Virus record (IMG/VR): IMGVR_UViG_3300037755_000497
Location: 44,876 to 108,875 of that record
Strand: one strand, 5' to 3'
DNA from: a virus
Length of the DNA stretch: 64,000 nucleotides
Shown: positions 7,413 to 17,600 of the stretch, in pieces
How positions within the stretch are numbered: position 1 is the stretch's first letter
Layout: each line of letters starts with the position of its first letter
Notes under the pieces: model-generated
Seen by the model: only the letters and a program-made list of their open reading frames with translations
What the model was told of the DNA's origin: nothing
The model's database searches: none
Made by a program: the position numbers and the translations under genes

Positions 7413-7640
7413 CTATTCTTCTTCTGGTTTAATAACTAGGTTTTTACCATTAAATACGTTCACACCATATTGTGTTTCAATCCAGTACGTGTTTTTTTCT
7501 GGTTTACCTTCAAACTTTTCAAGTTTTTTAACTGTACCTTCTTCTTCACTAAAATTCAAAGTTTCTGGTTCACCAGTTGAAGGATTCTTTCTTAGCACTT
7601 TTCCTGTTGCCAAAACAACATCGTTTAATTCAAAAACCAT
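7413..7640 (-). CDS. Hypothetical protein
   Basis: AAGGA SD before ATG 7640. Confidence 0.6.
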   Translation of the reverse strand: MVFELNDVVLATGKVLRKNPSTGEPETLNFSEEEGTVKKLEKFEGKPEKNTYWIETQYGVNVFNGKNLVIKPEEE

Positions 7641-7641
7641 A

Positions 7642-8145
7642 CTATAATCCTTTCTTGCATTCCATTGTTCCATCCAATAGAAATTTGTAATCTGTTATCC
7701 CATCAAGATATTTTTCAACAGTGAATTCTTTATACTGTTTACAATATCTGGCCCTTGAAAAGAATCTTTTACCCCAACTACTGCATTCTTTATAGAATTC
7801 TTTCCTACAGAAACCAGGCTTATCTGGACAAAACCTGTATCTTTTTCCAGAAACCACGCAAGCAAAACCTAGTTCAATAAAATTTTCCCTAATCTTCTTA
7901 TTGCTTAAGTCATATTCTTTTATGGATTCCTTTTCGCAATCAGGCCCATAAAAATCTGTACATACTCTGTTGGTAAGGAACCCTTCGTGCTTAGGTCTGG
8001 GAATCAAACGCTGTTTTTCAAGTGGCCTATGGTATTGGTGAACTTCATCCATATCAGATTTTGGTTCCATAACATCTTTTGTCCACTTTTTAAAACCAGC
8101 ACACGAAGAAAGCATTAAAATCGAAATCATTAAAATCATTTTCAT
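7642..8145 (-). CDS. Cys-rich lipoprotein (possible o-spanin-like lysis accessory)
   Basis: Signal peptide with LSSC lipobox; lies in the lysis block. Confidence 0.55.
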   Translation of the reverse strand: MKMILMISILMLSSCAGFKKWTKDVMEPKSDMDEVHQYHRPLEKQRLIPRPKHEGFLTNRVCTDFYGPDCEKESIKEYDLSNKKIRENFIELGFACVVSGKRYRFCPDKPGFCRKEFYKECSSWGKRFFSRARYCKQYKEFTVEKYLDGITDYKFLLDGTMECKKGL

Positions 8146-8153
8146 ATCGAATC

Positions 8154-8459
8154 CTATTTGTTTGCTAACATTCTTTCTAGTTCTTTTTTGGCCGCTGACT
8201 CTAAGACATCAGCAAGCTTTTCTAGTTCACGTACTTTGTCTTCAAAGTGTTCAACTACATTGTCATATTGCTGGTCTTGCGGTTTTTGTTTTTCCAGATT
8301 AACTTTATTTTCAGCTTCTAAAGCATTTTTCTTTGCTTCCATCCATTCATCTAAATATTTCCTGGATTCTTTAGTATTACTTTTTTCAAGAACTTGTTCA
8401 GCTACACCCATACCTTTAGTTAATAAGGCCAGTACACTAGTTGTAATTAACTTTCCCAT
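8154..8459 (-). CDS. Coiled-coil protein with hydrophobic N-terminus (possible i-spanin-like)
   Basis: N-terminal LITTSVLALL followed by a heptad-rich helix; upstream of a lipoprotein. Confidence 0.35.
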   Translation of the reverse strand: MGKLITTSVLALLTKGMGVAEQVLEKSNTKESRKYLDEWMEAKKNALEAENKVNLEKQKPQDQQYDNVVEHFEDKVRELEKLADVLESAAKKELERMLANK

Positions 8460-8475
8460 TTTGTTTCCTTGTAAT

Positions 8476-8527
8476 AAAAAAGCCCCAGTGTTTTCCTGGA
8501 TTCATTATCCAAGTTCACCAGGGGCTT
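8476..8527 (-). terminator. Long interrupted hairpin terminator
   Basis: AAGCCCC..GGUG / CACUGGGGCUU outer stem, UUGGAU/AUCCAG inner stem, U6 tail. Confidence 0.65.
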
Positions 8528-8554
8528 GTATTTTTATTTTAATTTTTTTATCAA

Positions 8555-8962
8555 TTAGACTTTATCACACGCCTGTGCTGCAAGCTGATTGATTTTCTCA
8601 CTTAAATCAGATAGTCCACATTCCCATTTAGATGGAACCCCTTTATCTAATAGTGCTGGAATTGCAAGTGAAGCCGCTGCTTTACAAATTTCTGATGCGA
8701 CACCTTCGGCCTGTGAACCTTCTGGTGCTGACTCATTAAGTGCTTTTACAACAAGTGAATTATCACTTTCAATTTTTAATAGTGCTTCAACATCAGCTTG
8801 TACAGCATCAGTGGCCTGACATTCACCAGTTTCAACAATCGCTTTTGTGATTGCATCAGCTGCTTTTTTCTTTGCTTGCGGTACTACTGTGCTTTTGAAG
8901 TAAGAACAACTTGTCACACTCATTAGCATGACCGCTGTAATTAACATAATAAGAATCTTCAT
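8555..8962 (-). CDS. Lipoprotein
   Basis: MKILIMLITAVMLMSVTSC lipobox; four further Cys residues. Confidence 0.7.
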   Translation of the reverse strand: MKILIMLITAVMLMSVTSCSYFKSTVVPQAKKKAADAITKAIVETGECQATDAVQADVEALLKIESDNSLVVKALNESAPEGSQAEGVASEICKAAASLAIPALLDKGVPSKWECGLSDLSEKINQLAAQACDKV

Positions 8963-9019
8963 AATTTTTCCCCTTGGTTCTTTGTTTTTAAGCATTATAA
9001 TGTTTGTTATCATTATAAA

Positions 9020-9496
9020 TCAATCTTTCTTTTTTTCTCGCTTCTTTTCGCTGTGCATATTAAGAAACTCAAGTAATTTCAATGGAACTGGCCACCCTAA
9101 AGCACTTATATTTTCCATAATAGAAATAGCTTCTGTGACCATCAGAAAAGTTTTCATTGTAGTGGTAGCATATTGGCCGGGAAATTCCCTGTCTAAGACA
9201 CCAGCTGTACCCAGCATCATTATGTAGACAAAGAACTTCATGGCCACCCTTGACCAACCACTGGAACTAAGTTCCTTATTTTTACAGGCCTTCATAACAC
9301 CTGTAATAGAGTCAAAAACAACCAGTATAAAAACTGGGACAAAGACATAGCCGTTGCCAAAAATATAAGCATAAGTACAAAAAAATAAAGCTGACACAGA
9401 CTTAGGAAATGTATGGTCACCAATGCTAAAAATAATTTCCCTACATGTTTCTAATTTAAAATGTGTCAAAACGTTTCCCTTCCTTAAGTAACCCAT
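9020..9496 (-). CDS. Holin (phage holin 4_1 / toxin-secretion family)
   Basis: FDSITGVMKA..LSS..K, EAISIMENISALGWPVP motifs; transmembrane segments; basic C-terminus. Confidence 0.85.
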   Translation of the reverse strand: MGYLRKGNVLTHFKLETCREIIFSIGDHTFPKSVSALFFCTYAYIFGNGYVFVPVFILVVFDSITGVMKACKNKELSSSGWSRVAMKFFVYIMMLGTAGVLDREFPGQYATTTMKTFLMVTEAISIMENISALGWPVPLKLLEFLNMHSEKKREKKKD

Positions 9497-9524
9497 AGTT
9501 CCACCACGTCCTTATGGTTTCTCT

Positions 9525-10178
9525 CTATTCGTTTTCGATTGCTGTTTTTTGTGCAACATAAGTTAATATCTGTTGTTCACGCCAAATTGCATAGTCATCG
9601 GCAAGGTTAATTAATGCTGTTGAATACGCAAGAACTTTTTCATCCGTATTTAGAGCGTCACCAATTGATAGGCCAACAATTTCAAACCTGGCAATCAAAC
9701 CTTTATCAGAATATTTTGCTGGATTCGTTTTCATTGAAAGCCAAGTTAGGTAATTGGCAACAGCACTGTCTGGATTTGTAGTGTTGTAAACTTGTTTCAT
9801 TTCAACTTCAACAGCTGTATTTAAAGTTGTGAATAATTCTTGAACTCTTTGTGTTTTATCATAAGCATCGTAACCAGCTTTCTTTTGGATTTCCCAGCGT
9901 GATAGTATAGCTTCATGATAAGTCCAACCAGTTAAATCTTCTGGTTCTTCATTTACTGAATCTTCACCATTTTCCCAGTATGCTGGTTGCGCTTCAATTT
10001 TTACACCTGTAAGGATGTTTAAAGGAAGTTCTTCAAATTCTTCTGGAAAATCTATAATTACCCCGACACCACTTGAATGGGGCCATCCTTTTAAGTCCTT
10101 TTCATTTGCTGTAGGGCCTTTAATTACATCGCCCTTTTCCCATCTATCAAAATCCCTATCTGCTATTAAAATTTTCAT
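9525..10178 (-). CDS. Putative tail fibre assembly chaperone
   Basis: Last gene of the fibre cluster; helical C-terminal half. Confidence 0.45.
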   Translation of the reverse strand: MKILIADRDFDRWEKGDVIKGPTANEKDLKGWPHSSGVGVIIDFPEEFEELPLNILTGVKIEAQPAYWENGEDSVNEEPEDLTGWTYHEAILSRWEIQKKAGYDAYDKTQRVQELFTTLNTAVEVEMKQVYNTTNPDSAVANYLTWLSMKTNPAKYSDKGLIARFEIVGLSIGDALNTDEKVLAYSTALINLADDYAIWREQQILTYVAQKTAIENE

Positions 10179-10199
10179 ATATTATTTCTCCTTTATTAA

Positions 10200-11117
10200 T
10201 TATAGTTCTGCTTTTGCTGTAAATGAGTCAATAAAGTTTGCTCCACCTGTTGCTGTAGCTACGTGATAAACAGAAAACCCATCTACCATATTGTTAAGAA
10301 GGTTTGGTGTTGATGACATGCTAACCACCCCTACGTTGGTTAAACTAACCGAAGGGGTAACTCTTTTATTTACCTTGTATTGATACCCCATTGAAAAGTT
10401 CTGTGCGTTAGTAGCGTAAAAATCAAACCTAATACTTCCTACTTCGTAATATCTTTGAGCATCCAATAATTCTCTACCCTGATTATACTGCTTAAAATCC
10501 CCAACAAATGAACCTTGATTAAGCATAAAGCCAGCAACAATTAAACTCGCTGCACCTGTTGCTGCAACCTTGACTTTTATCTCTATTTCAATTCCACGCT
10601 CTACCTGACTATTTAAAATAAAGTTTTCAAACTTCACTTGTTGCCAAATACCTAATGTACTTAATTCAACTTGCTTATTAGATAATGCGGTTACAGCTGA
10701 AAAATCATCTCTTACATCAGGAATTCTAACTGTCATTGTGAATAAATCAAAATTAGTAGGCTTAACCCAAAGACCTTGAGACAAAGATTTAGAAGCATAC
10801 TTTACAGCATCTTTACTTTCCATTCTGTATCTTAAATAAACTTCATCAGTATCAGCACCAGCAACACCGTCTACAAATTTAAAGCCTCTAAATAAACCAG
10901 TAAAAGGCAAATCAGTATCTTCACTTTCTAGTTCTGGTGGTGTACTCCATGTGCCTTCTCTTTTAATAGCTATTCTATCTGGCCCTACAAAATTAAAAGT
11001 AGCATTGGGTACAGCAATTGAATCATACGGAAATCCAGAATATTGATGCAAATTCAAACCACCGTTTATAAAGTCGTTTGGTATTTGCGTTCCTAGTACA
11101 TGATTTTTTAAGCCCAT
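10200..11117 (-). CDS. Tail fibre / receptor-binding protein
   Basis: EL..AQRYYE...KRVTPSVSL...FTAKAEL C-terminal fibre module. Confidence 0.7.
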   Translation of the reverse strand: MGLKNHVLGTQIPNDFINGGLNLHQYSGFPYDSIAVPNATFNFVGPDRIAIKREGTWSTPPELESEDTDLPFTGLFRGFKFVDGVAGADTDEVYLRYRMESKDAVKYASKSLSQGLWVKPTNFDLFTMTVRIPDVRDDFSAVTALSNKQVELSTLGIWQQVKFENFILNSQVERGIEIEIKVKVAATGAASLIVAGFMLNQGSFVGDFKQYNQGRELLDAQRYYEVGSIRFDFYATNAQNFSMGYQYKVNKRVTPSVSLTNVGVVSMSSTPNLLNNMVDGFSVYHVATATGGANFIDSFTAKAEL

Positions 11118-11127
11118 AATATTTTTC

Positions 11128-12147
11128 CTATAATTCCGCGTTTATAAAAATTCTTCCATTGCCACCAGTCAGTGCTTCAAACATCCCAGATTCACCATTT
11201 CCACCAGCACCATGGGTAAAATTAGCTCTTAACCTACAATTATGCCTAGTGGTAGTATCAAAAGCAGCATTTACTGTTAGATTAGTAGCTACATTTTTAC
11301 AAAAGAATCGCCACCCATTTGAAGTTTGAAATGTTGACGTTACAGCTGGAATTTTCCTTTTTTCTTTAAAATTAAGAATTCCCCAAATTGAACCCGATGA
11401 CTGTATAGTTCCCACTGATATGGCACCTGATGTTCCATACTCTAATGCTTCAAAATAGTATGAACAAACATCCCTTTCATCTAATACTGAACCAGCAAAT
11501 GAAGAAAATTCATTAACGATATTCCCATTGAAACTTATATAATGTCTCATGGCCTCTATTCTGTGAATTACAGTGGAACCAGTTACAGACATATTCTCTA
11601 AGGTTAGTTCAACTTCATAGCCGTTATTTCCAGCTAGTGATGAAATCGGAACTCCTAACCATTTTACTTCTTGATAGATTCCTACAGTTAAAGCTACTGT
11701 TTCATTAAATATTTCTGTTTGTGCTGAATGGTCATCTTCTGCATTTGCTCTAAGGATTCTTAGTCTTGCAACAGTAGCACTTTCTGAATAAACCCATCTG
11801 TGAACATTTACATTTTCGCCACCAACTTCAAAAGAATTTTCTGATGCTATTCTTTGGGCCATTAAAAGCTTCCCATCAGAACTAGATGGTGTTCCAGAAA
11901 ATTCAATGCATCTTCTAACTTTATTTTCCCCTGAAACATTTGATGATTGCTCTGATGTAGGTGCAACAGACCATGTTCCTTGATACTGTATAATGTATCT
12001 ATTTATAGTATTATAGTTTTTAGACGCTACTGGCATAATTCTAGCCCCAAACTCGGATTCTAGTCCTTGCAAAGTATGCCTGAAAAATTCTGCAAATCCA
12101 TTTAATTCAATTTGTCTATCTAGTCTTGCTAATCTTTTTGAACTCAT
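11128..12147 (-). CDS. Tail fibre / receptor-binding protein (paralog of 10200-11117)
   Basis: GTWS..P, CSYYFE...KRKIPAV...INAEL shared with the neighbour. Confidence 0.7.
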   Translation of the reverse strand: MSSKRLARLDRQIELNGFAEFFRHTLQGLESEFGARIMPVASKNYNTINRYIIQYQGTWSVAPTSEQSSNVSGENKVRRCIEFSGTPSSSDGKLLMAQRIASENSFEVGGENVNVHRWVYSESATVARLRILRANAEDDHSAQTEIFNETVALTVGIYQEVKWLGVPISSLAGNNGYEVELTLENMSVTGSTVIHRIEAMRHYISFNGNIVNEFSSFAGSVLDERDVCSYYFEALEYGTSGAISVGTIQSSGSIWGILNFKEKRKIPAVTSTFQTSNGWRFFCKNVATNLTVNAAFDTTTRHNCRLRANFTHGAGGNGESGMFEALTGGNGRIFINAEL

Positions 12148-12156
12148 ATATTTTCC

Positions 12157-12696
12157 TTACCAGTTTATTTTTATAAATATGTTTACTGCAATATTTCGCA
12201 TTCTAGTTTCACCAGCATTGGTTGCTGATGTTCTAGCATTTGGGGAAAATGAAGAGTCGAATGAAAACTGTCTTTCAGAATTAGAACCAGTAGTTGCACG
12301 TGCAGATGTTCCACTAACTGTACTTCTTAAAGCTCCTGCACTTCCTGATAGTGCCCAGACTCTATCTAACGGGCCACCCTCAATTTTTTGCATTTGATCC
12401 ATTTGATTGCTACCTAATGCTCTTTCTGTTTCATCTTCAAACCCATCATTTCTTCCATGGTTCTTACCTCTTAAAACTAATCCTCTAGCATCATCTAAAA
12501 CAGTCATTCCAGTTAAACTAGCTAAGTCAGTTCCTTCAACATTTCTATCATCATAGAGAACCCAGCTATTTCCGTTTAAAGCTTGAAATTGTTCTTCTGA
12601 TAGTCGGCTGTGTCTTATATCACCAATTGAAGGGCCTAACCCTGCTTTTGCTAACAATTGACTAAACTTTTTACTTCCTATTACACCAAAATTCAT
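12157..12696 (-). CDS. Tail collar-domain short fibre protein
   Basis: IGDI, DARGLVLRG, RALGSNQMDQMQKI, ETRMRNIAVNIFIK. Confidence 0.8.
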   Translation of the reverse strand: MNFGVIGSKKFSQLLAKAGLGPSIGDIRHSRLSEEQFQALNGNSWVLYDDRNVEGTDLASLTGMTVLDDARGLVLRGKNHGRNDGFEDETERALGSNQMDQMQKIEGGPLDRVWALSGSAGALRSTVSGTSARATTGSNSERQFSFDSSFSPNARTSATNAGETRMRNIAVNIFIKINW

Positions 12697-12727
12697 ATTT
12701 AGTTACTCCAATTATTTAATTACTACC

Positions 12728-13948
12728 TTATACATTATAAGTTAAATTTCCATAAATAGTAGAATCCGTTCTTGCTGAACCCACCCCACTATAGTTTCTA
12801 TATGTCATAGTAAGGATTCCTGTAGTCGTTGTTGCCATATCAAAAACTTCACTCGCTGATGCCCTATATACATTACTTTTATCGTTAGTAGGCCTTGCCC
12901 AATCCGGTATTAAGGATGCGGCAGAGGACACCGTAACTAATGAAGCATGCGTTGGTAAACTCTCTACGCTTATAGTTACTTGATTATTCACCCTAACAAT
13001 TTTAATTGTTCCAGAGATGAAGCCACCACTCCCAGTTAAATCAATTATAATACTATTATCAGAAGTGTGTATGCTCTCTAGGTTCGATATTTTATTTTCG
13101 TTTACAAGCACTCTTTGGCCGAATAAAGCTAAATCTAAATTAGTAACCCCGTTCCATCTGGAAACATCATAACCAAATTCAGTAGCTAAATCTTGCTTCA
13201 TTAAATCTATGTCACCAGCAAGCTTATCCATAAGTAATTGATGTGAATTGCTAGGTCTATGAATAAATGCACCGATAAAATGTCCAGCAATGTTTTCACC
13301 ACCAGCACCACCAGCATTTCTAAATCTAATTAAATTGCTTCTTCCACCAGAAGTTCCAACTTCTATAAAGTCACCATCATTATTAAAATCATTACTAGAG
13401 CATCTAAACATTGGTTGCATGTTTCCGGCTTCACCACGCATAATAAAGTATTCACCAATTTGTTTTGATGGGTAAGCGTTTATTGTGAAATCTCTGGGTA
13501 ATACAAAATCAGTTTCATCCTCAAGAAGCGTACCAGCAATGGACATAGGTTCAGCATCAACTGCTAAGGTGTGTGTTCTAGGTGCAAAGTCTACATAACC
13601 TAAAAATATTTCACCTTCTTGTGCTGGTTCAATTTTAAGTCTAATTTGTGAATTATCAATCCATTCATAATCATAGTAATCGTAAAGTTGTCCACCACGA
13701 ATTCTTGAAACTAATTTAAATTGATGTCTAAATTCACTTTGAGATAAACCTAGCTGAACAAATAATGAAGGTGATGATTGTTGAAACCCAACCATTGATG
13801 CTGGAAGTGTTAAATCATTCAGATTGATAACTAGTTGTCCACCTGTTGCTTCATGAGCAAACTTTATTACCTTCATTGATCTTGCTAGTGGTTTATGACC
13901 AGCAATCTCTTTTTTAGTTCCAAAATTGTTTGATTTACTAGTAAACAT
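12728..13948 (-). CDS. Tail fibre-associated protein
   Basis: C-terminal RVNNQVTI...LIPDWARP module typical of fibre tips. Confidence 0.6.
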   Translation of the reverse strand: MFTSKSNNFGTKKEIAGHKPLARSMKVIKFAHEATGGQLVINLNDLTLPASMVGFQQSSPSLFVQLGLSQSEFRHQFKLVSRIRGGQLYDYYDYEWIDNSQIRLKIEPAQEGEIFLGYVDFAPRTHTLAVDAEPMSIAGTLLEDETDFVLPRDFTINAYPSKQIGEYFIMRGEAGNMQPMFRCSSNDFNNDGDFIEVGTSGGRSNLIRFRNAGGAGGENIAGHFIGAFIHRPSNSHQLLMDKLAGDIDLMKQDLATEFGYDVSRWNGVTNLDLALFGQRVLVNENKISNLESIHTSDNSIIIDLTGSGGFISGTIKIVRVNNQVTISVESLPTHASLVTVSSAASLIPDWARPTNDKSNVYRASASEVFDMATTTTGILTMTYRNYSGVGSARTDSTIYGNLTYNV

Positions 13949-13959
13949 ATTTTAATTCC

Positions 13960-14646
13960 TTAATATAAATTCCAATCTGGTTCAACTGCATCAATTCCCT
14001 GTTTGAAAACTGTAATATCTACATCTAAATTTTCAAATCCGTTATCACTGAACCTGTTAACATCAAATCTAAATGTTGACGTTGTTTTCTCTCTGATAAC
14101 TGTACCCCTTGAACCAACCCCTAATTCATTTTGAGATACACTTGCTTGTATAACTGGCACCACTATAAGTGGTATATTTATAGTTCCACGAAAATCACCA
14201 GTAGCGTTTCTAGTAGCTGTTATCGCTCCTATAATATCTTCTGAACTTATAGGGATTGGACTAACTACTTGGCTACAGTCAAATCCTGTAGAAAAATTTG
14301 TCTTATTTATTTCGCTAAAAAAATACACTTTAAAAACATCACCACTTCCATCAGTATAAAATGCACCAACTTTTTTATAAGCATTAAATCCAGAAGGTTT
14401 AATCTTACTTGTCGATGTCACTAACCCAACTGTTCCACTTGAAACAACTAGATATACATAATAAAAAGTTGAAGCCGCAATTACACCAGAATCTAATCCA
14501 CCTAAACCAGTTGTTCCTGTATTAAGTAAAAGTTGTGTTTTTTGATTAATTAAGTGCCCACCTACAACAAGCCTAGAACCTAATGGTAAGCTTATTTGCG
14601 TAGCGTTCACTTTTTCTAAATCTGTTAAAATTGTTTTTGCAAACAT
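13960..14646 (-). CDS. Tail fibre-associated protein
   Basis: GLGGLDSGVIAASTFYYVY...PSGF..KKVGAFYTDGSG motif common in fibre proteins. Confidence 0.65.
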   Translation of the reverse strand: MFAKTILTDLEKVNATQISLPLGSRLVVGGHLINQKTQLLLNTGTTGLGGLDSGVIAASTFYYVYLVVSSGTVGLVTSTSKIKPSGFNAYKKVGAFYTDGSGDVFKVYFFSEINKTNFSTGFDCSQVVSPIPISSEDIIGAITATRNATGDFRGTINIPLIVVPVIQASVSQNELGVGSRGTVIREKTTSTFRFDVNRFSDNGFENLDVDITVFKQGIDAVEPDWNLY

Positions 14647-14654
14647 ATCTTTCC

Positions 14655-17600
14655 TTATGGTGTAAACTTACTTGTTGTTATTAAGTTATTATACTCTTTT
14701 AATTCCACAAAAGTTTGCTCTGGTGTACCATCCCCTTGGATGATTTCTGAAACATTAGGACATACTGATTGAAAAGTAATTTCTGTAGCTGTTGCTTGAA
14801 AAGTTATCAATCTTGAAAATCTATATCTTCCTGTAACTGAACCAGTCCCACCCTCACCATTAGCTTCACATCTTAATAAGACATTACTATCGTGGTTTGC
14901 AATAAGTGAAACACCATTACCAACATTGTATTGAGCATCGAAAGACATGTTTAATTCATACCACTTTCCAATGGTTAAGTTAGCTAATTTTAAATCGGTC
15001 ACATCAGCAATACTTGTGCTTATAGGTGCGGTTAAAAACCTTCTTTGAAAATAAATAATATGCTCTTTAACTACTGCACCAACATCATCTTTAATTACAA
15101 TGTTATCATCATTATCAATGGTAAATTCCCTTACTTCACCATCATTTCTTTTACAGGCATATCCTCTACCACTAGTTTTAAATCTACCAGCATGAATTTC
15201 TGCAAGGTCACCAGAATTTTGTTCTAAATTATCTACAGCAACACCATCATTTTGAGTTAAAATAATTTCTAGTATTTCACCTGGAAATTCCAGAACACCA
15301 CTTTCAAGTTTAATAGTATGAGTTTCATTATCTAATGTGAAACCAGCACCGTGCATGAAAGTTTGGCCAGTGTTATTAATTAACATTCTTAAGAAACTAG
15401 GGTGCGGTATAAACCCTGTTACTGGAATAGATTGAATATTATCGTCACCATTTACAGTTACTTTCTGATAATTTTCAACACCGACATCAGAAATATAAAC
15501 GCCATTTCTTCTGAAGGCCATACTGTAACCTAAAATGGATACATCATCATTAGCAGCTGTATATTTAAACCTTAAATCATGGCTTCTACCCTCAAGTAAA
15601 TGACCTATAGAATTGCCAGCTACATCGGCCCATACTGCGCCATCGTAAACTTTTGAATCTGGTATCCCTGGTGCTGATGAATCAACTTCAATTGCAATTT
15701 CATCTACACCAGCATCATAAGATGCTTTATAATCAGCATCAGTATCAATTACGATGTGGTATTTATCACCTGGAACAAGCATTAAGTTTTGTAATGTTAA
15801 TTCGATTAGGTTAGTGCCAGCACTTAGTGTAGAAACTGCAATATAACCTGAATCGTAAACAGCATTTAATAAATCAGGTTCACCAGCATCATCTTTTAGA
15901 ATTAATATTCTGTATGAACCTAAAGGTGTACCAGTTTTAAATACTTCTATTGATAGTTTTCTGTAAGCACTAACTAAAGCATTACCTAAAAATTCTTGTG
16001 ATCTATTAGCAAAGGCCGTTCCATCATCAAGTGCAAGTGTAGCATCATTATTTGCTAGGCCATATTCAACTAATGATGAAATTACAGCTTCATCAGTAAA
16101 TGAATGTTTAAAATACTTAACACCATTGGCCCTGCTTTCAAATTCTACAACTTGAAATTCGTTGCCATCCCTAGTTACTTCTAGTACGCCATCATCTTCT
16201 TCAAAATCATCTGGCATTACAATTAGAAATTCCACTTCTAAAATATCTAGTATGAAATCAAGAAATTCAGATTGCACTTCTGGAAATTCCGTTGTGTCTA
16301 AATGATTAATTGATTGAAGTATGCTTCCAGTATCTAAATTGTATTGCTTATTAACAGTGTCGTAAATTGCAGTTGTTTCACCAGCATCAACATAATCGCT
16401 TCCTGAATTTGAAAATACATTTTTTGCTTGGTGAACAAATGGGCTATCCTGGAACCAATCGTCAATAACATCATCGGTTTTTGAGGCATCGCCACTACCA
16501 CCACCTGAACCACCAACTGGTATTCTTATAATATTTGTTTCAACTAAATCATTAATTGCTGTTACTGATACACCACTGTCATTTTGAACAGCGATTACCG
16601 CAAAAGCAATTGAACCTTCGGCAATAGGTGGGTTAGGTGTATTGGCCGAAGTTGTACCAAAGTTCCCAGCTTGTGTGGTGTCATTCGATAAAACTAAAAT
16701 TTCGTTATTTTGAAGTAAATTAAGTGAATATTTAAACCACTTATCAGCTTGGCCCGTAAAATCAACAGGTGTAAAGGTATCACCACCACCTGTTATAATA
16801 CCTGTAGCAAAATCAATATTTCCACCAGCGTAATTTGAAAGTAATGAACCATTAGGTAAACGATATGTCGAACCATCGGCCAATGAAACAAAAGATGGCG
16901 AAATTAAAATTAATGTACTCGCTGGATTTTCTGGCACAACTCTAAGAAGTTTTCTATTTATTGTTTCATCATAAACTTCATTTAAACTTGCAACAATAGC
17001 AATTTCTGATAAATCACTATTTTTTGCGTAGGGTGATGCACCACCTGTTAAAACATCTTTACCAGCTTTAGCACTTTCTACAGCTATCAAATCCCTACCA
17101 GCTGTTAAGTCCCTTTTAACCGTTACATCACCAGTAGAAAGAATTTCCATTAGCAAATTAGCTGCACCGATTGCTTGGTTATAAAATTTATATGAATTTG
17201 TACCATTAGCATCAGCATCAATTATATAAATTAAATCTGTTAATGATCTTTGAACAGAATTAAAAGTTACTGTATCAGTATTGATGTCATCACCGAAAGT
17301 AGTATTACCAGTAACCGTTAAATTGGACTGGAAAATAGAGCTTACCGCTGCTAAATTTTGGAAGTATGCATTCCCATGGGCATCAATATAAGCAATTAAA
17401 GAACCGCCTGAATCCCTGATACCCCATTTAATACCTTGAAGACCTGAACCACCAATTGAATTAAACAATGTATGCGAAACTGGGATGTCTGGGGTATCTT
17501 CATCGGATGCATTAACTTGTGTATCAAGTTGAAGGCCGGTTGTAGTTTGTTTTGTTGTGATCGTCTCTGGTGTAATATCGGTATGTGTACCATCAACTAA

